A stretch of 32,000 nucleotides of DNA from Ktedonobacterales bacterium (GTDB lineage: Bacteria; Chloroflexota; Ktedonobacteria; Ktedonobacterales; JADMIN01): the NCBI GenBank assembly GCA_030167145.1, contig CP126532.1:4320001-4352000 (forward strand). Reading direction: 5' to 3'. Within the stretch, counting starts at the first letter, position 1; each line of letters begins with the position of its first letter. The position numbers were made by a program, and so were the translations under genes. A model generated the notes under the pieces. It saw only the letters and a program-made list of their open reading frames with translations, was not told the DNA's origin and searched no databases. Shown in pieces: positions 14,832-23,605 of this stretch.

Positions 14832-16667
14832 TTATTGCTGGCGCATCCGCTCATCCAAAAAGCGCGCGACGGCGGGGTAGGCGAGCAGGCGGTTGGCGCG
14901 CTTGATGAGGCCGTGGCCTTCGTCGTCGAAGCGCAGATATTCGACTGGCACGTTGCGCGCACGGAGCGCGGCGACGATCTGCTCGGCCTCACCCACCGGC
15001 ACGCGCGGGTCGTTGACGCCGTGGATGACGAAGAGTGGGGCGGTGATCTTGTCCACAGACCTGATCGGCGAGATGGATTCGAGGAAGTCGCGGTCGTTTT
15101 CGAGACTGCCGTACTCTGGCTCGCGCAGCTTGCGCCGCCAGGGGCCGGTGTTTTCGAGGAAGGTGACGAAATTGGCGATGCCGACGATGTCTACACCCGC
15201 CGCCCAGAGGTCGGGATAGGTCGTCACCGCCGCCAGCACCATGAAGCCGCCGTAGCTGCCACCCATCACGGCGATGCGCTTTGGGTCGGCTGTGCCACTC
15301 TCAGCAAGCCAGAGCGCCGCCGCGCGCAGGTCGGCCACGGAATCCATACGTAGGCGCACATCGTCGAGACTCTGGTATTCATAGCCGTAGCCAGAACTGC
15401 CGCGCACGTTGGGCGCGAGGACGGCGTAGCCCTGCCCGGCAAGATACTGCACGACGGGGTTGAAGCTGGGGCGAAACTGGCTTTCTGGGCCGCCATGCAC
15501 GTAGACGACGACGGGCAGCCCGCGCGGCGAGACATCGCGCGGCAGATAGAGGAACGCCGGGATCTCGCGCCCGTCGAAGGTGGGGTAATGAATCAGCGTT
15601 GGGGCGATGAAGGCTTCGCGGGGAATGCCGCCGCGTGCGCTGTGGGTGGCTTGCCAGGCTTGCTGCGCGACGACATCCACGATCCACACGTCTGGGTTAT
15701 CTTCGGCGGCGTCGAAGGTGAAGGCAACGCGCGTGCCATCACGCGACCAGGTGACTTCGCGGATGACGCCGTGGCGCAGCGATGGCTCATAGAGGTTGCG
15801 GCGCTGGTCCCAGCCTGCCGATACGTCGAAGAGTTCCAGGCGGGAATGGCCGTTCTCGTTGGTGACGAGCGCCAGCCGCGTGCCGTCGTCGCTCAGCGCC
15901 AGCGCCTCGGCGTTCCAGGGGTCGTCGCGCAGGTAGGTCATGGTTTGCGTTGCCAGGTCGAGATAGGCCAGTGTCATGAACTGGCGACCCTGGTCGCTGA
16001 GCAGGTAGATGCCCTTGCCATCGGCTGAGAAAGCGGGGGAGACGTGCAGGCCGTGGGCGTCAGCGTGGTCGGGGGTCGCCTGCCAGACTAAGCCGGTTTG
16101 CGTTTCCGCCGCCAGGAGGGTGGATTTGACGTTCGAGTCCATCTGCAGCACGAGGACGATGCCGCCGTCATGCGAGTAGCCGGAGGCGTAGTTGGTTCCG
16201 TCTTGCTGGGCCAGCACCCGTGAGGCGCGGGTGGCTACGTCCATCTCGTAGACATCGAAGTAGCGCTGGTCGCGGGCGTTGCTGGCGTAGCAGATGCGTG
16301 CGCCGTCGGGCGACCACCCGCCGAACTGGTAGATCACGTCGGGGAGATCGGAGAGGGGTGTCACGGTCGTGCCGTCGGCGCTGATGAGCGAGAGCTGCGT
16401 GCGCTCGCTGCCGCCGGTATCCGCCTCCAGGAGCAGCATATCGGCATTGGGGGCGAACGTGGCTGAGGCGACACGCTCGCCTCGAAAGGTAAGCTGCTCG
16501 GGCCAGCGCGGCGGGGTGTCAGGACTTTCGACGGCGACGCGCCAGACTTCGGCGACGCCGGTGATGTCGGTGAGGAAGCTGAGATGCTTGCCGTCCGGTG
16601 AGAAACTCGCGGCGTAGGCGGTGCGCACATTGAGGTAGCGCGCGAAGTCGTAGCGCTCGGTGGGCAT
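14832..16667 (-). CDS. S9 family serine peptidase (prolyl oligopeptidase / dipeptidyl aminopeptidase type, beta-propeller + alpha/beta hydrolase)
   Basis: The C-terminal hydrolase domain has the nucleophile motif MGGSYGGFM, then VIHGVNDPRV (Asp) and DEGHGL (His). The N-terminal half has TolB/propeller-like repeats (FSPDGKHLSF, WSPDGARI, FSADGKGIY, WSRDGTRVAF). I prefer ATG 16667 (GGGAGAAG RBS) over ATG 16682. Confidence 0.9.
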   Translation of the reverse strand: MPTERYDFARYLNVRTAYAASFSPDGKHLSFLTDITGVAEVWRVAVESPDTPPRWPEQLTFRGERVASATFAPNADMLLLEADTGGSERTQLSLISADGTTVTPLSDLPDVIYQFGGWSPDGARICYASNARDQRYFDVYEMDVATRASRVLAQQDGTNYASGYSHDGGIVLVLQMDSNVKSTLLAAETQTGLVWQATPDHADAHGLHVSPAFSADGKGIYLLSDQGRQFMTLAYLDLATQTMTYLRDDPWNAEALALSDDGTRLALVTNENGHSRLELFDVSAGWDQRRNLYEPSLRHGVIREVTWSRDGTRVAFTFDAAEDNPDVWIVDVVAQQAWQATHSARGGIPREAFIAPTLIHYPTFDGREIPAFLYLPRDVSPRGLPVVVYVHGGPESQFRPSFNPVVQYLAGQGYAVLAPNVRGSSGYGYEYQSLDDVRLRMDSVADLRAAALWLAESGTADPKRIAVMGGSYGGFMVLAAVTTYPDLWAAGVDIVGIANFVTFLENTGPWRRKLREPEYGSLENDRDFLESISPIRSVDKITAPLFVIHGVNDPRVPVGEAEQIVAALRARNVPVEYLRFDDEGHGLIKRANRLLAYPAVARFLDERMRQQ

Positions 16668-16799
16668 GTGGTCTTCTCCCATGACTCGGTGTGGTCGCTG
16701 GACGTGCGTGCTCGCGCTGCTGGCGGGCGCTTCTTCAGTCTACCGCGCGAATGCGATGAGAGGCCAGTGAGCGTGTGCGGAAAGGTGTGAGGTATGCAC

Positions 16800-16828
16800 T
16801 TGTCGGTCCGTGGCGCTTCAGGTACACT
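16800..16828 (+). promoter_or_regulatory. Sigma-70-like promoter candidate for the ECF sigma gene (TTGTCG-17 nt-TACACT)
   Basis: Hexamers at 16800-16805 and 16823-16828 with a 17-nt spacer, about 30 nt upstream of ATG 16859. Sequence match only. Confidence 0.3.
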
Positions 16829-16858
16829 GCATGCGGGCAGACAATGGGGGGTGCGGGC

Positions 16859-17506
16859 ATGACGCGGCGCGATCAGCGTGAAAAACACGAACGAGACGAA
16901 CAGGGGCGGGAACGCGAACTGGTGGAACGCAGCCAGCGCGGCGACCGCGACGCATTCAACCGGCTGGTGGAATACTACCAGGCGGGCGCATATGCGCTTG
17001 CGCTGCGGATGGTCGGGGATGCGGATGCGGCTGCCGACATCACCCAGGATGCGTTCTTCTCGGCGTATCGCGCCATCGGCTCGTTTCGCGGCTCGTCGTT
17101 TCGCGCGTGGCTGTTTCGCATCGTCAGCAATGGCTGCTATGACCACTTCAGGGCGCAGGCGCGGCGGCCGGCGGTTTCGCTGGAGGCGGCGCTCGAAGAG
17201 GATGGCGACGGCGATGCCTACGGGCACGGCAGCGATTGGCACATGCCGAAGTCGCTGATAGATCCCACCTGGGATCCGGAGCGCGCGACGTTGCGCGGCG
17301 AGACGATCCAGCGGATCGAAGCGGCGATGCAGAAGCTGCCGCCAGAGCAGCGATTGGCGCTGATTCTGAGCGATATCCAGGGGTTATCATATGATGAGAT
17401 TGCGCGCGTGATGGATACGTCGCTGGGCACGGTGAAGTCGCGTATCGCGCGGGCGCGGGCGCATATGCGCGGCATTCTGCTGCGCCAGGGGGAACATTTT
17501 GGCTGA
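16859..17506 (+). CDS. RNA polymerase sigma-70 factor, ECF subfamily
   Basis: Region 2: RGDRDAFNRLVEYYQAGAYALALRMVGDADAAADITQDAFFSAYRAIGSFRG...FRAWLFRIVSNGCYD. Region 4: LPPEQRLALILSDIQGLSYDEIARVMDTSLGTVKSRIARAR. ATG 16859 is preferred (G-rich RBS); the ORF is open from 16775. Confidence 0.9.
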   Translation: MTRRDQREKHERDEQGRERELVERSQRGDRDAFNRLVEYYQAGAYALALRMVGDADAAADITQDAFFSAYRAIGSFRGSSFRAWLFRIVSNGCYDHFRAQARRPAVSLEAALEEDGDGDAYGHGSDWHMPKSLIDPTWDPERATLRGETIQRIEAAMQKLPPEQRLALILSDIQGLSYDEIARVMDTSLGTVKSRIARARAHMRGILLRQGEHFG

Positions 17507-17612
17507 GTGTGGCGTCTGTGCCAGAAGGGCGATGCGGCGCATGAATGCGGACACCGGAACACTTGGCGGACGCGGGTCGAACCGCTAGCATGGCAAATAT
17601 GGGCAGTAACGT

Positions 17613-18323
17613 ATGGCGAATGGTGGCATGAGTAGACATCCGAATGATTGGGAGCAGCAGCGCGAGCGGCTCTCGGCGTACCTGGACGGCGAACTGCCGC
17701 CTGAGGAGCGCGCCGCGCTCGAACGCCATCTGCCCGGCTGCCCAGAATGCCGCCGCGAGTTGGAGGATTACCGCACGCTGCGCGCGATGCTGCGCGCTGT
17801 GCCTATGCCTGCGCTGCCGCGCTCGTTCACGCTGCCCGCTACGGGCGCGGTGCCTGAGCCGTTGCCAGCGCAGAGGAACCGGCCCGCCAGTGCGCGCCCA
17901 CGCACGCGAGCAGAAAGAAGCAGTGTCGCGCGGGCGGCGCAGGCGCTCGGCGGATTGGTTGCGGTGGCAGGGCTGCTGCTGTTCCTGACGAGCGCGCTCT
18001 TCGGCGCACCATCAGGAACGGCCTCGACCGCCGCCGGGAACTATAGCAGCAGCTACCAGCCAGCAATTGGGCCAAAATCCACAGATATCGCCCAATCTAC
18101 GCATACGGGCGGCCCCGTTGGTCCGGGTGTGGCGACGGCGCGCCCCAATGAGCAGCACACGCCCACTGGCGTCGCGGCGTCACCGACCATTGGAACATCT
18201 ACGAGTAAAGAACCTGGCAGAAGCGAAACCGCGCCGCCGCTGCCGATCATCGGCGGGGGGATGCTGCTCGGCGGCGCGGCGCTGTTCGTCGCGGGGACGG
18301 TGGCACGGAAACGACGCGATTAG
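17613..18323 (+). CDS. Anti-sigma factor (zf-HC2 type) with transmembrane segment
   Basis: The N-terminus LSAYLDGELPPEERAALERHLPGCPECRRELEDY has the H-x3-C-x2-C zinc-binding anti-sigma motif. A TM helix follows (LGGLVAVAGLLLFLTSALFGA), then a Ser/Thr/Gly/Pro-rich segment, then a second C-terminal hydrophobic helix plus RKRRD. Immediately downstream of the ECF sigma gene. Confidence 0.8.
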   Translation: MANGGMSRHPNDWEQQRERLSAYLDGELPPEERAALERHLPGCPECRRELEDYRTLRAMLRAVPMPALPRSFTLPATGAVPEPLPAQRNRPASARPRTRAERSSVARAAQALGGLVAVAGLLLFLTSALFGAPSGTASTAAGNYSSSYQPAIGPKSTDIAQSTHTGGPVGPGVATARPNEQHTPTGVAASPTIGTSTSKEPGRSETAPPLPIIGGGMLLGGAALFVAGTVARKRRD

Positions 18324-18335
18324 GGGTAATTCGGG

Positions 18336-19217
18336 TTAGGCCAGCACGACATCAGCGTCGCCAGAGACGACACGCTCGCCGCGCTCGTTATCAATCCAGA
18401 TGGTGAGGCGCTGGCGGTCGCCGGTGCGCTCCCCCAGAACGCCCTGGCAACTCAGTGTGTCGTCTGGTCGCACCATTGCCTGGAAGCGCACGCGCAGCCG
18501 GGCCACCCAGCCACCTGTCTTTGGCTGTGCGGTCAGCCAGTCGGTCAGCAATTGGCCGAGGAAGGCCATGCTGAGCATGCCATGGGCAATAGTGCCGTCC
18601 AAACCGACGGCGCGGGCGGCATCGGGATCAATGTGGATGGGGTTGTGGTCGCCGCTCACGTCGGCGTAGGCGTTGATCTGCTCCTGGGTGACGGTCTTTG
18701 CGAGCGGCGGCAGCGCTACACCCTCCGGTGCGGTGGGACGCCCACGCTGGGGCGCTGCGCTTGCTACTGCGGCAGCAGCATCGGGGGGAGCATCACGCAC
18801 GATCACGGTGGCGCGGCCCGTGACGACGCGCTCGCCTGCGGGTGTGTTGCCCAGTTGTTCGAGTGTCATAATGGCCATGCCCCCGCGCCCGGACTGACGA
18901 ATGCTGGCGACGCGATGGCGCGCGATGAGTGTCTCGCCCGCAACGAGCGGGCGAGAAAACTCGTATTCTTGCTCGCCATGGAGCACCTGCGTATGTTCGG
19001 GGTCCAGCCCGGCTTCGGCAAAGGGCACACGGAAGCGGGTTACGAACGTGGGCGTTACGGGGATGCTGGCGAAGCCTGCGCGCTCCGCCGCCGCCGCGTC
19101 GTGAAAGATGGGGTTGTTGTCGCCGATGGCGTCGGCGAACTGGCCGATAGTCTCGGCGGCAATCTCGCTGGTCTCCGGTGTTGTTTCGTGCCCCACCAGT
19201 GCGGGATCAAGTGGCAT
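18336..19217 (-). CDS. MaoC-family (R)-specific enoyl-CoA hydratase/dehydratase, double hot-dog (N-terminal + C-terminal MaoC domains)
   Basis: C-terminal motif: INAYADVSGDHNPIHIDPDAARAVGLDGTIAHGML. N-terminal domain: IGQFADAIGDNNPIFHD...VTPTFV. True start is ATG 19217, with AGGAGG 8 nt upstream. The 134-codon upstream extension in the ORF track (to 19619) is rejected. Confidence 0.9.
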   Translation of the reverse strand: MPLDPALVGHETTPETSEIAAETIGQFADAIGDNNPIFHDAAAAERAGFASIPVTPTFVTRFRVPFAEAGLDPEHTQVLHGEQEYEFSRPLVAGETLIARHRVASIRQSGRGGMAIMTLEQLGNTPAGERVVTGRATVIVRDAPPDAAAAVASAAPQRGRPTAPEGVALPPLAKTVTQEQINAYADVSGDHNPIHIDPDAARAVGLDGTIAHGMLSMAFLGQLLTDWLTAQPKTGGWVARLRVRFQAMVRPDDTLSCQGVLGERTGDRQRLTIWIDNERGERVVSGDADVVLA

Positions 19218-19474
19218 AGCTAGAATCCTCCTGACAGACATCATTCTTGCTCGCCTATCGTACTCCACCCACGACCCTGGCCGCCACCAGGTTGCGTGCT
19301 GGTACGGGCGCGTGTTCAGGGTGGCAAGACGGAGTGTCGCCTTGGCGGTGGGCGCTGTGCGGCGCCAGCGGTTAGCCATTGCGGTTACGTTTGGCCCGCG
19401 ATGTAGCCGCGCTGGCAGTTGAAACGCATGTGGTATGTAGGTGGAGTCTTCGCGCCACGGGGTACAATAAAGAG

Positions 19475-22400
19475 ATGATGTGCTCTGTTTGCCAACATAA
19501 GAATCCAGATACCGCACGGTTTTGTAACCAGTGCGGATCTCCGCTTGCACGCGCGTGCCCGAATTGTGGCGCAATGAATCCGCCGAATGCGCGATTTTGC
19601 AATCAGTGCGGCACGTCACTGGATGGTGTTCCGCAAACTACAGTCGTGTCGGCGCCTGCGACCGCTGAGCCAGTCAGCGCCGCGCAGCCTGCGCTTGCGC
19701 CAGAGGGCGTGATAGCCGCTGAACCAGTTGCCGCACCGAGCGTATCGGGCGCGCGGCGTACACGGGCGAGCAGCGCCGCTTCGAGCGGACGCAACCCACG
19801 CCGAGGCACACGCACGGCGCAAGCGGCGCAGTCCGCTTCTGAAGCAGCTTCTACTGCTGTCGGTGTGCTGGATGTGCCGGTGGAAGAGGCGCATGGTGAG
19901 CAACGGCGCATCGTGACGATTCTCTTCGCCGACCTCACCAGCTCCACCGCTATCGCCGATACCATGGACCCCGAAGATGTGCGGGCGCTGCTGGCGATGT
20001 TCTTTTCGACGATGGCGCGTGAAATACACCGGCATGGCGGCACGGTGGAGAAGTATATTGGCGATGCGGTGATGGCGGTTTTTGGGCTGCCGGTGGCGCA
20101 TGAAGATGATCCGGTGCGCGCGATTCGCGCCGCACTGGACATGCAAGCTGCCCTGCGCTACTTCAATGAGGAGCGGCGGGAGTTCGATGCCAGCGCGCCT
20201 GAGTTGCACATGCGTATCGGCATCAATACGGGTGAAGTCGTGGCGGCAAGTGGGTCGGCTGAGGGGCGCGACTTTTTGGTAACAGGCGACCCGGTGAATG
20301 TGGCCGCGCGCCTGCAACAACTGGCGGCGCCGGATAGCGTGTTGGTGGGGCCGCGTGCGTATCGCGGGGCAACGGGGGCGATTGTCTTCCGTCAACTGCC
20401 GTCGGTGACGCCGCGTGGTAAGTCGCGCCCGATGCGGGTGTACGAGGCGCTGGCGCTGGCGGAGCAGAGTCCGGCGCCCGCGCAGCGTCCGCGCGGCATT
20501 CAGGGGCTGAAAGCGCCACTGATTGGCCGCGATGTGGAACTGAGCCTGCTGCGCTCGCTCTATGCGCGGGTCGCGGGTGAGCGGCGGCCGCATCTGGTGA
20601 CGATATTGGGTGTGCCGGGGGTGGGCAAGACGCGCCTGGCACGCGAGTTCATCGCGGGCATTCGCGCGAGCGCCACCGAGGCCATCGCGCGCGCGGAGCT
20701 GCGTCCGCTGGTGCTGGAAGGCCGCTGCCCACAGTACGGCGAAATGATTACATACTGGCCGCTGGCGGAGATGCTGCGCGCGCTCTGCGACTTCACCGCG
20801 ATGACGCCGCCCGCCGAGGCGCGGGCGAAACTGCTGGCGAAGGTGCGCGAGGCGCTGGTGGGCGCTGAGCGTGATGAAAGCCCGGAGGTTATCGCGGCGT
20901 ATCTGGGGCATACCATTGGCATCGAGAGCCAGGAACGGCGTCAGGCGCTGCTGCCCAGCGACAGCCAGCAGTTGCAGGAAGGGCTGCTGCGCGCATGGCG
21001 TGTTTTCTTCGAGGCGCTCGCGGCGTACCGTCCGGTGCTAGTGCTGATGGACGACATCCACTGGGCGGATGATGTGCTGCTGGAACTGCTGGAATATGTG
21101 GCGGCCAAGGCAAGCAATGTGCCGTTGCTGCTGATCTGTCCGGCGCGGCCCGAGTTATTGGAGCGCCAGCCGAACTGGGGCGGTGGCAAGCGGAACTATG
21201 CGATGCTGAATCTTGAGGCGCTCACGCCCGAAGAGTCGGAGCGGCTGGCGCGCGAACTGCTGCCAGGGGACGGGGTGCCTGAGAGCCTGCGGGTGGGCAT
21301 TCAGCGGCGGGCCGAGGGCAATCCGTTCTTCTTCGAGGAGATTGTACGGATGCTGGTAGATCGCGGTATTTTGCTGCCATCGCGGGCGGCGGGCGAGTTG
21401 TGGCGCATCGCGCCGGAGTGCGAGGGCAGCAACGAGGTGAGCAATCTCGACATTCCCGATACGGTGCAGGGGGTGCTGGCGGCGCGCCTGGATCTGCTGG
21501 CGGAGCGCGAACGTGACATCTTGCAGCACGCCGCTGTCATCGGGCGTTATTTCTGGCCGAGCGCACTGCATGTTTTGCATGCGGACCGCGATGGCACTCT
21601 GGGCGCGGTACTGGCGTCGCTGGAAGCCAAAGAAATGATCCATGAGAGCGAGCGTTCTGAGGCTAGCGCCGCACCTGAGGGCGAACCGCTGTACACGTTC
21701 AACCATGCGCTCACGCGTGAGGTGGCGTATACGAGCATTCCGCGCACGCGCCGCGCCCACGAGCATCAGCGGGTGGCCGAGTGGCTGGAGACACTGGCCC
21801 ACAGCCGCGAAGCGGAGTTTGCGGACCTGATCGCGCAGCACTATCGCCAGTATTATGTGCAGGCGAATCTGACGCGCTCGCGCACCAGTGCGCGCCGCCT
21901 GGCGGTGCGCGACAAGGTGCTGTATTATCTGACGCTCGCCGGAGACCAGGGGTTGATCCGCCATGCCGCCGCCAAAGCAGAGCGCTATTATACGGACGCG
22001 CTGATGATGTTGGAAGAAGATGCGCTGGCGGAAGACGTGCCCGCGCGCGTGGCGCTGTTCATGAAGCGCGGCGACGCCCGCTGGACACAGATACGCGGCG
22101 ACGACGCCTGGGCCGATTACCGCGACGCGCTGCGCCTGTGGTCGGCGTATACGGCGTTTCTGGTGGATGCCGTGGGGCAGGATGGGCAGCCAGAGGGCCG
22201 CGCCTTCGCGCCGGTGGCCGCTGATGGGCTGGTTACGGCAATAGGCGATCTGACGATTGAGTCTATGGACCGGTTGGCGATGCCCCTGGACTGGCGCTCA
22301 TGGGGGTTGCGGCTCTACCGGCTGCTGGTGCTGACGCCGACGCGCAATAGTAGTTTCTTTCAGCAGCCACCCTCGCACGAAGATTTGCTGCCGTATCTTG

Positions 22401-23593
22401 AGGAAGGGTTGCAACTGGCAGAGCGGCTGGGGCAGAACGAGACGCTGGAAGGCGCGGCGCTGCTGACGGCGAAAGCGTTTTTCTGGTGGTCGTGGGGTGA
22501 GCAGCGTGGCGAGCGTGAGTTGATGGACGCGCTGCACGATGCGCGCGAAGCGGTGCGCATCACCGAGGCGCTTGACGATCCGCACAACGCCTCGGAGGCG
22601 CTGGATGCGCTGGGCAATTTGCAGGCGATCACCGCCGATCTGCGCGGCAATGTGGAAAGCCAGTCGCGGCGGCTACACTGGGCGCGGCGCATTGACGACA
22701 TCAACGAGTTGACCGACATCTCTAGCGAAGCATGCACAGCGCAGATGCTGGTCGGCAACTACGAGCAGGCGGTTGAGTACGGGCGGCAGGCGCTGGAGCT
22801 GGCGAACTCCACCGACGCCGATCTGCTGCGCGCCCGTGTGCTGGCGCGGCTGATGCTGACGCGGTTCGAGTGGGATCAGTGGCCGGAGACGATTCGCCTG
22901 GGTCGCCAGCTTCAGGCGGTTTCGACGTATCCAGGCTCATGGCTGGCGACACATCAACGTTGGGCGCTGCTGGCCTGGGCGATAGCCCATGCGCGCATGG
23001 GCGACCGGGATGAGTCGGACCGTATCGCGCAGCGGGCCAGCCTGATCGCCGACCGTGAGCCGGTGCAGTTCTTCGAGCTATACAAAGCGCGCCTGGCGCT
23101 GGCACGCGGCGCGACGAAGGAGGCGCGGCAGACGCTGCTGGAAGCGGTGGACGCGCGCTCAGGCAAGCTGATGCTGCCGATGTTCCTGGCGGAACTGGCA
23201 GAGTTGGGCGCGCGGAGTGGCGACCGCGACCTCTATGGGCGATTCAGCGCGCAGGCGCTGGAGCTTGGCTGGCGGTCGGGTGCGCGCAAGGCGCTGGCGC
23301 AGGCGACACGGGCGCGTGGGATCATTGCGCTGGCCGATACGCGCTGGGACGACGCGCAATGCGATCTGGAAGGGGCGCTGCGGCGCTATCAGGAGCTAGG
23401 TTGCGCGTGGGAGGAGGCGCGCACGCGCTACGCGCTCTCCGGTCTGTTCCAGCGGCGAGCCGACGCTGGTGACGCGGATCTGGCGCGGGCGGAACTAACG
23501 GGCGCGCTGGCGCTCTTCGAGCGGCTGCATGCGGTGCGTGACATCGCGCGGGCGCGAGCGGCGCTGGCGGGTGGGGATGTGCGGCTGCCGTGA
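19475..23593 (+). CDS. Multidomain signalling protein: double zinc ribbon + class III adenylate/guanylate cyclase + AAA_16 (STAND-like) ATPase + TPR-like helical repeats
   Basis: N-terminus: CSVCQHKNPDTARFCNQCG...CPNCGAMNPPNARFCNQCG (two zinc ribbons). Cyclase domain: metal Asp residues in ILFADL and YIGDAVMAVFG, Asn/Arg in GDPVNVAARL. P-loop GVPGVGKTRLA and Walker B VLVLMDDIHWADD. About 700 aa of helical repeat follows to the C-terminus. Start at ATGATG 19475; the ORF track begins at TTG 19379. Confidence 0.9.
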   Translation: MMCSVCQHKNPDTARFCNQCGSPLARACPNCGAMNPPNARFCNQCGTSLDGVPQTTVVSAPATAEPVSAAQPALAPEGVIAAEPVAAPSVSGARRTRASSAASSGRNPRRGTRTAQAAQSASEAASTAVGVLDVPVEEAHGEQRRIVTILFADLTSSTAIADTMDPEDVRALLAMFFSTMAREIHRHGGTVEKYIGDAVMAVFGLPVAHEDDPVRAIRAALDMQAALRYFNEERREFDASAPELHMRIGINTGEVVAASGSAEGRDFLVTGDPVNVAARLQQLAAPDSVLVGPRAYRGATGAIVFRQLPSVTPRGKSRPMRVYEALALAEQSPAPAQRPRGIQGLKAPLIGRDVELSLLRSLYARVAGERRPHLVTILGVPGVGKTRLAREFIAGIRASATEAIARAELRPLVLEGRCPQYGEMITYWPLAEMLRALCDFTAMTPPAEARAKLLAKVREALVGAERDESPEVIAAYLGHTIGIESQERRQALLPSDSQQLQEGLLRAWRVFFEALAAYRPVLVLMDDIHWADDVLLELLEYVAAKASNVPLLLICPARPELLERQPNWGGGKRNYAMLNLEALTPEESERLARELLPGDGVPESLRVGIQRRAEGNPFFFEEIVRMLVDRGILLPSRAAGELWRIAPECEGSNEVSNLDIPDTVQGVLAARLDLLAERERDILQHAAVIGRYFWPSALHVLHADRDGTLGAVLASLEAKEMIHESERSEASAAPEGEPLYTFNHALTREVAYTSIPRTRRAHEHQRVAEWLETLAHSREAEFADLIAQHYRQYYVQANLTRSRTSARRLAVRDKVLYYLTLAGDQGLIRHAAAKAERYYTDALMMLEEDALAEDVPARVALFMKRGDARWTQIRGDDAWADYRDALRLWSAYTAFLVDAVGQDGQPEGRAFAPVAADGLVTAIGDLTIESMDRLAMPLDWRSWGLRLYRLLVLTPTRNSSFFQQPPSHEDLLPYLEEGLQLAERLGQNETLEGAALLTAKAFFWWSWGEQRGERELMDALHDAREAVRITEALDDPHNASEALDALGNLQAITADLRGNVESQSRRLHWARRIDDINELTDISSEACTAQMLVGNYEQAVEYGRQALELANSTDADLLRARVLARLMLTRFEWDQWPETIRLGRQLQAVSTYPGSWLATHQRWALLAWAIAHARMGDRDESDRIAQRASLIADREPVQFFELYKARLALARGATKEARQTLLEAVDARSGKLMLPMFLAELAELGARSGDRDLYGRFSAQALELGWRSGARKALAQATRARGIIALADTRWDDAQCDLEGALRRYQELGCAWEEARTRYALSGLFQRRADAGDADLARAELTGALALFERLHAVRDIARARAALAGGDVRLP

Positions 23594-23605
23594 CTTAACT
23601 GACCG

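Noticed and set aside
17572-17585. tRNA T-arm-like GCGG-GTCGAA-CCGC between the sigma and anti-sigma genes
   Set aside because: The loop is 6 nt and lacks the TTCRA motif. No acceptor, D or anticodon arms can be built around it, so it is not a tRNA.
19218-19619. 134-codon N-terminal extension of the MaoC ORF (track start 19619)
   Set aside because: The internal ATG 19217 has a perfect AGGAGG RBS, and the family-like sequence starts there. The extension has no domain-like sequence and runs through the divergent promoter region into the cyclase gene start.
19616-21964. 431-aa and 269-aa minus-strand ORFs (19616..20911 and 21155..21964) antisense to the cyclase-ATPase gene
   Set aside because: The translations are Arg/His/Gln/Leu-rich low-complexity sequences inside a gene with clear cyclase and P-loop motifs on the plus strand.
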